This document shows positions 17,004 to 23,483 of a stretch of 26,847 nt of DNA, in pieces; position 1 is the stretch's first letter; every line of letters begins with the position of its first letter. The stretch is from a virus. Its lineage: Duplodnaviria > Caudoviricetes. The stretch covers positions 1-26,847 of IMG/VR virus record IMGVR_UViG_3300005512_000278; one strand, 5' to 3'. The translations under genes were made by a program, and so were the position numbers. The notes beneath the pieces were generated by a model. It ran no database searches. It worked only from the letters and a program-made list of their open reading frames with translations, and was not told where the DNA came from.

Positions 17004-18926
17004 CTACGCCCCAAGGGGCGTCCAAGCCCTCTGAGCTTCCATGTCGATAAGATCAACGACGTGTTGGTTTTTCTTATCCCACGGCGTCAAGAACGGATTA
17101 TTGTAATGAGAGCGCGTGTAGTTAGCCATCATCATCACACGGTCACGGCACGCCAACTCAGCGAACCATAAAGCCATAACAATGTCAGTCTTGCCGGCGC
17201 CCTTTTTCATATCTGGCGCCCAAGTCACCAACTGCTCCACGAGAGCTTTCGACGCCTCACTGTTGTGAGTGGCGGGAAGCTCAATAAGCTGGTTGCCTTC
17301 CTCATACTGAGCAAATAAAGCGGTCATGGATGCCACACCAAAGTCAGCATCATGCTTATTCTGGCCCGTGTAGTGCGGTTTGATTACCGTACCGCGAGCT
17401 GAACAATACTGATTCACTTCCCGGTCATGCACGAGGAAGCCCTGAAAGCCATTCTTCTCAATACGCCACTCGGAAATACCGTACTTATCCGTCAACTCAA
17501 TAATCATTGAGCGCATTTCGTCCGGCTTCACGTTAGCTTTATTGAAAATCTCCAGCACGTAACGCTTCTGACTACGCGGATCAAGCCCCACAACCACCGA
17601 TGAAGTGTAGCCGGAGGTGGCAGGGTCCAAGCCAGCTACAATAATCAACCCATCCATGCCACCAGGGCGACAACCAGGCATACCTTTCGGTATCTTACCG
17701 GGGTATCTCGAACCGTTAATCGCAGCTTTCACGGCCTCCGGGGTGAAGATAGCTTCACTGGACACCTGTTCCTGCATGTACACCATAGCCCAGGTGCGCG
17801 GCTGCATACGGCTACGCTTCTTAGCTAATCGCGTACCATCCCACTTTGGGAAAAAACCATTCTCATCCGGCTCTGCTCCACGATCTCCAGCCTCCGGGAT
17901 GTTACTTTTCGGCCACAGGGTAACCCAATCCTGGGGCTTATCTGAAAACTCCAGCACCGCAGGCATCGCCAAATACGACCACGGGGACACCTCATCCGGG
18001 TACCGCTTCGGGTCACGAAGCTCCAAATACAGGTCCCGCGTAGCCAACCGCGTACCCACCACCAGCAAAGTACCGGAAGCGGAAATACGGGAAATCACTT
18101 CAGACTGAATCCACTCAATCTGCTTCTCATACTCGTGCGCGTTCGTTAAATCCACACAGTCATCGAGGATAATCAAGTCAGCACGGGCACCATAAATATG
18201 CCCACGCACACCCAAAGCCTGCACAGTAGGGTCCTTCTCACCGGAATCCCGGATCTCCCCCGACACATAAATCTTATCCTGGCTCCACGACTCAGCCCCA
18301 TCAGCATAACCACCAGGAGGCCCATACTTCACATGAAACTCAGAATACGCTGAGTGCGTCAAGCGGGTCTTAATACCGTACAGGAACTTCTTAGCCATCT
18401 CGGCGGTCTTAGAAACCACCATCACCCGGATATTCGGGTCCTTCGCAATCCGGTACGTCACATAATTCATCGTGATCGTCGTGGACTTCGCGTGCTCCGG
18501 CGGCACATTCACCATCACCAGATCTTGCTCGGCACGATCCAACACCATCGCCGGATGTGTCCAACGGGGCTCACGCCCCTCAATCATGTCCACCACATTC
18601 AACATGTGATCGAACACCTTGGCACCCAAATACTTCTCCGAAAAATCCTCGAAGCTCAGAAACTCATCCGGGTTCGGGTTCTCGTGCGACTCAATCCGCT
18701 CCTGCCGGATACGGTCAACCGCCGCCCGGAAGTCCGGGTCATTACGCCGATACGACTCATACGACTGCATCGAACGGCCAGCGATCTCACACGCCTTCGC
18801 CACCGTATGACCAGCATAAATCTGCTCAAGAATGATCCGCTTAGTCTCATCCACAGGCCGAGAACGCCGAAGCGCACCCTTCTGCTGAGCACTAAAAGCA
18901 GAATGCTTCTTACCCCTACCAGCCAC
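17004..18926 (-). CDS. terL: Terminase large subunit with an N-terminal HTH extension
   Basis: Walker A-like VPPEHAKST, Walker B LIILDD (after GARAD), nuclease motifs GLDPA and DIVMALWFA. GGAGG SD before the GTG at 18926. Confidence 0.92.
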   Translation of the reverse strand: MAGRGKKHSAFSAQQKGALRRSRPVDETKRIILEQIYAGHTVAKACEIAGRSMQSYESYRRNDPDFRAAVDRIRQERIESHENPNPDEFLSFEDFSEKYLGAKVFDHMLNVVDMIEGREPRWTHPAMVLDRAEQDLVMVNVPPEHAKSTTITMNYVTYRIAKDPNIRVMVVSKTAEMAKKFLYGIKTRLTHSAYSEFHVKYGPPGGYADGAESWSQDKIYVSGEIRDSGEKDPTVQALGVRGHIYGARADLIILDDCVDLTNAHEYEKQIEWIQSEVISRISASGTLLVVGTRLATRDLYLELRDPKRYPDEVSPWSYLAMPAVLEFSDKPQDWVTLWPKSNIPEAGDRGAEPDENGFFPKWDGTRLAKKRSRMQPRTWAMVYMQEQVSSEAIFTPEAVKAAINGSRYPGKIPKGMPGCRPGGMDGLIIVAGLDPATSGYTSSVVVGLDPRSQKRYVLEIFNKANVKPDEMRSMIIELTDKYGISEWRIEKNGFQGFLVHDREVNQYCSARGTVIKPHYTGQNKHDADFGVASMTALFAQYEEGNQLIELPATHNSEASKALVEQLVTWAPDMKKGAGKTDIVMALWFAELACRDRVMMMANYTRSHYNNPFLTPWDKKNQHVVDLIDMEAQRAWTPLGA

Positions 18927-18996
18927 ACAACCCTCCCAGGCAAAACTAAGGGCCTTCACGAAGGCACAAGTAGGGGTACATTAAACCCAGCCAGCA

Positions 18997-19126
18997 GGGC
19001 CCCTCAAGGGCCCGCCAGCCCAGCTAGCACCGCCCCCAAGGCGGTACCAAAACCAGCAGCAAGCGCCGACCCCTAAAAGGTCGGCAGCTAGCAAGCGGGG
19101 AACTTCGTTCCCCACTATATATAGTG
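18997..19126. repeat. Array of five short inverted repeats in the late-operon leader
   Basis: GGGCCC-CTCAA-GGGCCC (18997), ACCGCC-CCCAA-GGCGGT (19029), GCCGACC-CCTAAAA-GGTCGGC (19065), GGGGAAC-TTC-GTTCCCC (19097), CACTATATATAGTG (19113). Confidence 0.7.
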
Positions 19127-19155
19127 CTCAAAAAACAGCCCCCACCGGACGTAGT

Positions 19156-19173
19156 TTACCAAACTGTTACAAA
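19156..19173. promoter_or_regulatory. Putative transcription-factor box, copy 1 (TTACCAAACTGTTACAAA)
   Basis: 16/18 match to the inverted copy at 19546-19563; TTAC half-sites 11 bp apart; lies in the divergent intergenic region. Confidence 0.5.
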
Positions 19174-19282
19174 ACTGTCCTATTTTGTCCTAGTTTACAG
19201 TACCCCTATGCTAGAATCACAGGTAGACTTGTGGTAACACATAGAAACGCGCGCAAGCAACGCCCGGGTCGCCCGCGCGCGC

Positions 19283-19382
19283 GCCTGCGCGCACGTCTGC
19301 GCCTGCGCTGGGCAGCTTGCCTAGCCTGCCTGCCTGCCTGCCGGGGCTGATGCCTGCCGCCTGCCGGCGCCTGCAAGCCTGC
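19283..19382 (+). repeat. GCCTGC short-repeat cluster (possible genome end/packaging signal)
   Basis: Ten GCCTGC copies, some overlapping, within 100 bp of non-coding DNA upstream of the terminase. Confidence 0.6.
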
Positions 19383-19545
19383 ACGCATACACGCGGGCCC
19401 CCTTGATGGCCGAAAGCCGCTATATACGCGAGGGAAGGCTAGCGCCTGGCACCTTGCAGCCTGGCACCGTGGACAGTGTGACGCTTGCAGCTTGCCGGGT
19501 GCTCGAGCTTGCAGGGCTCGAGCGCGATCAAGCTACCGCCGAGGG

Positions 19546-19608
19546 TTTATAACGGTTTGGTAACGACTCGGCCTAGGTACTTCCATGCTGCCGGAATCTG
19601 CGTACCGT
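19546..19608 (+). promoter_or_regulatory. Transcription-factor box copy 2 plus a candidate SigA-type early promoter
   Basis: TTTATAACGGTTTGGTAA (19546-19563), possible -35 TTCCAT (19581) and -10 TACCGT (19603-19608, TANNNT), upstream of the first rightward gene. Confidence 0.4.
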
Positions 19609-19656
19609 GGTACCTAGCAGCCCTCGAGGCTGAACCCCACACGAGAGGATCGACCC

Positions 19657-19914
19657 ATGAGTGACATCGACACCCCCCGCGAAATGGTCACCCAATACCG
19701 CCTAACCCTTGACGACTTGCGCACGATTCAGGAAGTTATGACAGGGCTAGCCGACCACCACCGCCGCATGGAGCAGCGCCTTGAGCGCTCGCAGCAGCTC
19801 ACCGACACGGGCCGCACCGCAGCCCTACACCGTAACCGCGAAGCGGTCACCCGCTACGAACGGATAGCCGCCCGCGCTGGGCGCGAGGTCCTCGAGCTTG
19901 ATGGCGAGCTCTAA
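19657..19914 (+). CDS. Early hypothetical protein (85 aa)
   Basis: GAGAGGA SD; first rightward ORF; its stop abuts hammerhead 1. Confidence 0.7.
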   Translation: MSDIDTPREMVTQYRLTLDDLRTIQEVMTGLADHHRRMEQRLERSQQLTDTGRTAALHRNREAVTRYERIAARAGREVLELDGEL

Positions 19915-19983
19915 CCTAGTCGAAACCGGGCCCCGCGCTCGGTCCTGCAGACTTCGCCCCCTGCAGCTGATGAGACAGGCGAA
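19915..19983 (+). ncRNA. Type II hammerhead ribozyme 1 (cleavage after C19944)
   Basis: GTC-GAAA-CCGGG[loop]CTCGG-TC^-CTGCAG[loop]CTGCAG-CTGATGA-GAC. Loop I TTCGCC pairs with the 3' tail GGCGAA (pseudoknot). Confidence 0.95.
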
Positions 19984-20002
19984 CACGAAAGGACACCCCA
20001 CA

Positions 20003-20149
20003 ATGAACACGAACACGACCGCCGCAGTGTGCACGAGTCATGGACTCGTGCGCCTTGCCTCGAGCTACGCCGACGCGCAGCGCGCCGCCAATCAGCACCA
20101 CACCGTTAGCGGATGCTGGGCCCATGTTCGGATCGAGGCCACACGATGA
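20003..20149 (+). CDS. Early hypothetical protein (48 aa)
   Basis: GAAAGGA SD; MNTNTTAAVCTSHG...; ATGA overlap with the next gene. Confidence 0.65.
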   Translation: MNTNTTAAVCTSHGLVRLASSYADAQRAANQHHTVSGCWAHVRIEATR

Positions 20150-20412
20150 GCAAACACAACAGCGCCGGCTTACGCATTCACGGCAACGGACCCGTGCGGC
20201 CCGGAGACACGTACGCCATGGCCGAATTTGACTCGGTATGCGTAGCATTCACCTACGCGAGCACGGACGTTACGCTATTCCTTGAGAATGACCGCGACGA
20301 CCTATCCACCACCGCCGCAGTGTTTCGCTTGATCGCTGACCGGATCGACGCCGCCAGCGATGAGCTAATGCGGGCCCGCCTGCACTCGAGCCTACTAGGG
20401 GCCGACCAGTGA
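20146..20412 (+). CDS. Early hypothetical protein (88 aa)
   Basis: ATGA-coupled start (MSKHNSAG...); GTGA overlap with the next gene. Confidence 0.65.
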   Translation: MSKHNSAGLRIHGNGPVRPGDTYAMAEFDSVCVAFTYASTDVTLFLENDRDDLSTTAAVFRLIADRIDAASDELMRARLHSSLLGADQ

Positions 20413-20654
20413 GCGCCGACGCAGCCCGCGCACGCGGGCGCCTATGGGTAACAACATACATCGAGCACTACCACCACACCTACCCCGACGCCCTCGAGCT
20501 CGAGCCCTGGGCAGTAATCGACGCAGCCCGCGAAATGATCGAGGACGCGCTAGCCTACGTAGATGCGCTTACCCTCGAGCACCACTTGCCGACAGATGGC
20601 GCCGCGCAAGTCCTCGAGGACCTCACGCGCGAGCGCTCGAGCATGGCAAGCTAG
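20409..20654 (+). CDS. Early hypothetical protein (81 aa)
   Basis: GTGA-coupled start; its TAG stop abuts hammerhead 2. Confidence 0.65.
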   Translation: MSADAARARGRLWVTTYIEHYHHTYPDALELEPWAVIDAAREMIEDALAYVDALTLEHHLPTDGAAQVLEDLTRERSSMAS

Positions 20655-20711
20655 GACGAAACCGGGCCCCCGCGGCCCGGTCGGCAGGTGAGCGCCTGCC
20701 CTGATGAGTCC
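20654..20711 (+). ncRNA. Type II hammerhead ribozyme 2 (cleavage after C20682)
   Basis: GGAC-GAAA-CCGGGCC[loop]GGCCCGG-TC^-GGCAGG[loop]CCTGCC-CTGATGA-GTCC; all three stems are perfect. Confidence 0.96.
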
Positions 20712-20730
20712 CGAAAGGAATCACCCCACG

Positions 20731-21090
20731 ATGAACACACAACCGACACCCACGCAAGCCACGCACAACGTTTATTGGATCAGCGACCCCGGGCACGCCT
20801 GGCTCGCCGTATCCCTCGAGGCTTACCCGGACGCGATCGACTGCGGAACCGGTTTCGGGTACCTCGATCACACGCACGTGTACCTCGAGGAGGACATGGA
20901 AGCGGTCGCTTTCCTCGACCGGCATCCCGGCCTTGCCGGATCGAACAAGCGCGGAGAGCTCGCCGAGCGTAGCTATGACTTCGACGCGCCCGTGCGCCGT
21001 ATGGGCCGCAACCTCGAGATGCTGGACACGGATGCATTTATGGCCCGGATGCGCGCCCAAAACGCCGAGCGCGAGCAGATGCAAGCATGA
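20731..21090 (+). CDS. Conserved early phage protein (SDPGHAWL...YLEED type, 119 aa)
   Basis: GAAAGGA SD; motif recalled from phage/plasmid early regions; function unknown. Confidence 0.75.
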   Translation: MNTQPTPTQATHNVYWISDPGHAWLAVSLEAYPDAIDCGTGFGYLDHTHVYLEEDMEAVAFLDRHPGLAGSNKRGELAERSYDFDAPVRRMGRNLEMLDTDAFMARMRAQNAEREQMQA

Positions 21091-21242
21091 GCGACGACTA
21101 CCGCACACACAGCTACGTCGAGTGCTGCGACGCCCAGCGCCTAATGGATCGAACCGTGCGCATATGGCTGCAAGGCTCATGGGTGCGAGTCTGCCGCGAC
21201 GGTATGGGCTGCACGACCTGGAACACGGAGGCCACCGCGTGA
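21087..21242 (+). CDS. Small Cys-containing protein (51 aa, not in the ORF track)
   Basis: ATGA and GTGA overlaps at both ends; MSDDYRTHSYVECCDAQRLMDRTVRIWLQGSWVRVCRDGMGCTTWNTEATA. Confidence 0.6.
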   Translation: MSDDYRTHSYVECCDAQRLMDRTVRIWLQGSWVRVCRDGMGCTTWNTEATA

Positions 21243-21364
21243 GCCGCTACACCGACCAGGCCTGCCCGCAGTGCTCGGTTATCCTTTACGGGTGGAAGAT
21301 GCCAACCCGCGCAGCCATCCCGATACGCTGGGAGCTATGCCCAGCTTGCCCCCTAAGAAACTAG
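21239..21364 (+). CDS. Small zinc-finger protein (41 aa; CPQC...CPAC)
   Basis: GTGA-coupled start with GGAGG SD; its TAG stop abuts hammerhead 3. Confidence 0.6.
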   Translation: MSRYTDQACPQCSVILYGWKMPTRAAIPIRWELCPACPLRN

Positions 21365-21425
21365 CGCGAAACCCTCGAGCCTAACCGCTTGAGGGTCGCA
21401 CGGTAACGCCGTGCCTGATGAGCGC
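21364..21425 (+). ncRNA. Type II hammerhead ribozyme 3 (cleavage after C21397)
   Basis: GCGC-GAAA-CCCTCGAGC[loop]GCTTGAGGG-TC^-GCACGG[loop]CCGTGC-CTGATGA-GCGC. Confidence 0.96.
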
Positions 21426-21464
21426 CGAGCCCGTCAGCTAAACCCCACGAAAGGACACCACCCC

Positions 21465-21788
21465 ATGACAACAACCGAAGCAGAGCTCTACAACGGCTGG
21501 ACAAACCAAGAAACGTGGGCCCTGATGTTATGGATCAACAACGACGAAGGCCTGCAGAGCATGGCCCACGAAGTTATGCGAAACGCCGAGCACCTAGACG
21601 CCGGAGCCCGAGAGGCTAGCTTCCGCTACTGGGTCGAGTCGATCCTAACCCGCAGTGGCTACGAATCCGAGTTTGGCGAGCAGTGGCCCCCAAACCTTGC
21701 CGATATTGCCGAGGATGTTGGCAGTCTATGGCGCATCAACTGGTGGGAGGCCGTCGAGTCGATCCGCACCGACCTAGCAGACGAGTAG
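21465..21788 (+). CDS. Conserved early phage protein (YNGWTNxETW type, 107 aa)
   Basis: GAAAGGA SD; YNGWTNQETWALMLWINNDE motif recalled from many phage early regions; function unknown. Confidence 0.78.
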   Translation: MTTTEAELYNGWTNQETWALMLWINNDEGLQSMAHEVMRNAEHLDAGAREASFRYWVESILTRSGYESEFGEQWPPNLADIAEDVGSLWRINWWEAVESIRTDLADE

Positions 21789-21872
21789 CCCGCCCGCGTG
21801 GCCCTCGAGCTTGCCGGCTCGAGGGCTGCCCAGGTGGCCGGACCCGCCGACACCTAGAAAGGAAGCCCCACC

Positions 21873-22106
21873 ATGAGCAGCTGCCAACACCTAGACTGTA
21901 GCGCCATCGCGCACCCGATCCCCTTGCCCGCAGAATGGACAGTGCGCCACAGTGGCTACGCGATCAAAGTATGCGGCCCGCACTACGGCACTCTAACCCG
22001 CGAGCTGACCGCCGCCCGAATCGCTTACGACTCGGCCCTAATCACGTGCAAGCACGGCCTAACGGCCCCGTGCACGCCTTCCCATTACGGACTGGTGACC
22101 CGATGA
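21873..22106 (+). CDS. Cys/His-rich hypothetical protein (77 aa)
   Basis: GAAAGGA SD; ATGA overlap with the next gene. Confidence 0.65.
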   Translation: MSSCQHLDCSAIAHPIPLPAEWTVRHSGYAIKVCGPHYGTLTRELTAARIAYDSALITCKHGLTAPCTPSHYGLVTR

Positions 22107-22378
22107 GCGCCGCCCACTACTGCCCCCACTGGGGAACCTGGAGAGCACCAGGCGACGAGCTCGAGCCCACTACGCGATGCACCAACCGAGCGCACGACCG
22201 CTACGCAATCACCACGGACCAAGCCCGCCGGATAATCAGCGCCGACCGGGCCCGCCGCCGTACCGTGCGAGCTCGAGCGCGCCAGCGCCGCGCACAAGCT
22301 GCAGCCCGGTGGCTAATCCTCGCCGCCTTTCTCGCCGCCCTCGGTATCGCCGGCCACGTCGAAAGCTTGACACCGTGA
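22103..22378 (+). CDS. Hypothetical membrane-anchored protein (91 aa)
   Basis: Coupled start MSAAHYCPHW; an Arg-rich stretch followed by hydrophobic WLILAAFLAALGIAG. Confidence 0.6.
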   Translation: MSAAHYCPHWGTWRAPGDELEPTTRCTNRAHDRYAITTDQARRIISADRARRRTVRARARQRRAQAAARWLILAAFLAALGIAGHVESLTP

Positions 22379-22545
22379 GCGCGTGCAACAGGTGCGGCCT
22401 CGAGCCTGCCGCCGGAGCTAGCGTAGACATTAGCCCGCCCGGTGAAGTGTGCGACAGCTGCGAGCGCACACTAGCCGCCACGCTCGACGCCAGCGCCTAC
22501 GTGTACGGATGGCGAGCACGCTGGGCCCATGTCCTCGAGCAGTAG
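22375..22545 (+). CDS. Small zinc-finger protein (56 aa; CNRC...CDSC)
   Basis: GTGA-coupled start; two CxxC motifs. Confidence 0.55.
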   Translation: MSACNRCGLEPAAGASVDISPPGEVCDSCERTLAATLDASAYVYGWRARWAHVLEQ

Positions 22546-22632
22546 CCCACAAGTTACCCACAAGGCTATGCACAGACTGTGGAAAACCTGTGGAAAACAA
22601 ACCTGCACGCGCCTGCGCGCGCGTGTGGAAAA
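22543..22632. promoter_or_regulatory. DnaA-box cluster, candidate replication origin
   Basis: TGTGGAAAA three times (22578, 22589, 22624; reverse complement TTTTCCACA matches TTWTNCACA), plus the degenerate TAGCCCACA (22543), TTACCCACA (22554) and CTATGCACA (22566). GC skew flips here. Confidence 0.65.
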
Positions 22633-22634
22633 AC

Positions 22635-22694
22635 AGAGGGGGAGTGATGCATCGCTAGTCGGTGTATGTAGAGGGGGAACGGTGCGTCGCTAGT
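22635..22694 (+). repeat. Imperfect 25-bp direct repeat (2 copies, 35-bp period)
   Basis: AGAGGGGGAgtGaTGCaTCGCTAGT (22635) versus AGAGGGGGAacGgTGCgTCGCTAGT (22670), 21/25 identical. Confidence 0.75.
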
Positions 22695-22729
22695 TCATGC
22701 CAGGAAAAAGTTTCGAGAAAGGTGGCAAA

Positions 22730-22849
22730 ATGTCTAGGAAGTTGAGTATCGTAGAGGAAAAGATCGCAGAGCTGTGGATGAATGATGCGTTCCGCGAGCA
22801 AGAAATATATGAGGCTGCAAATGACTACGAGTCGCAGGAGGAAGAGTGA
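22730..22849 (+). CDS. Small acidic protein (39 aa)
   Basis: GAAAGGTGG SD; MSRKLSIVEEKIAELWMNDAFREQEIYEAANDYESQEEE; TGATG coupling. Confidence 0.6.
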   Translation: MSRKLSIVEEKIAELWMNDAFREQEIYEAANDYESQEEE

Positions 22850-22983
22850 TGTTTCAATCGGTAATACTCACGCGCAACGGCAGGTACGTGCACGTGCATG
22901 ACACATACGACATAGCCTGGTCATACATTCAGGCTTTCATGGCTGTCACACGTGAGGCACAGTACGAGATTGTGGAGGCGTAA
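22849..22983 (+). CDS. Small hypothetical protein (44 aa)
   Basis: GGAGG SD; TGATG and TAATG coupling at both ends. Confidence 0.55.
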   Translation: MFQSVILTRNGRYVHVHDTYDIAWSYIQAFMAVTREAQYEIVEA

Positions 22984-23123
22984 TGCAGGACACATACCAA
23001 TGCTACGAGTGCGAAAAAACCCTTATAGATCAACGGTTTTTCGTGTGTGAGGACTGTCAGCGAGTCGAGCAGATAGCTGAATGGGAACGCAAGACGATCA
23101 AGAAATGGAGGGAAATGCAGTGA
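22983..23123 (+). CDS. Small zinc-finger protein (46 aa; CYEC...CEDC)
   Basis: GGAGG SD; TAATG-coupled start; two CxxC motifs. Confidence 0.6.
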   Translation: MQDTYQCYECEKTLIDQRFFVCEDCQRVEQIAEWERKTIKKWREMQ

Positions 23124-23248
23124 GATACCAGCTGCAAGTGTTCGGGAAGTACGAGCCCGAGACATACCACTTCACTGAGCCTCGTGACCTGGCCGAGTTC
23201 TTACTGTCGCAAGAAAGCATACTGGAGGTGATGGTCAATGAGGTATGA
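23120..23248 (+). CDS. Small hypothetical protein (42 aa)
   Basis: GGAGG SD; GTGA-coupled start; overlaps the whiB start. Confidence 0.5.
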   Translation: MRYQLQVFGKYEPETYHFTEPRDLAEFLLSQESILEVMVNEV

Positions 23249-23483
23249 GGATGTTGAGTGGCAAGCTGCCGCCTGCAAAGGCATCAACTTCAAGATGTTC
23301 TTCATTGAGGATGCCGGCGATGCACGAGAAACAAACCCACACCTACGTCGCATATGCAAAGACTGTCCGATCTACGCGGAGTGTTTGGAGTATGCGCTGG
23401 AGAATGAGCACCACGGTTTCTGGGGTGGCTTGACTGCCACGGAACGTAAGCAACTGCGAGGGAGGATGCGTCGTGCGGCCTAG
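23238..23483 (+). CDS. whiB: WhiB-family Fe-S transcriptional regulator
   Basis: Four Cys (AACKG...ICKDCPIYAECLEYAL), GFWGGLT turn and a basic tail; GGAGGTGA SD. Confidence 0.93.
   Translation: MRYEDVEWQAAACKGINFKMFFIEDAGDARETNPHLRRICKDCPIYAECLEYALENEHHGFWGGLTATERKQLRGRMRRAA

Noticed and set aside
1023-19076. Plus-strand ORFs opposite the structural genes (for example 1023-1706, 15041-15694, 18354-19076)
   Set aside because: These are antisense shadows of well-supported minus-strand genes, with no RBS or recognisable motifs.
19206-19388. 60-aa Arg-rich minus-strand ORF
   Set aside because: It is a translation of the low-complexity GCCTGC repeat tract.
19898-21464. Upstream ORF-track starts at 19898, 20704 and 21411
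   Set aside because: They begin before or within the ribozymes, and 20704 is the ATG inside CTGATGA. The GAAAGGA RBS sites point to 20003, 20731 and 21465.
22635-22694. Mini CRISPR array
   Set aside because: Only two imperfect repeats with a 10-nt spacer, no palindrome and no cas genes.
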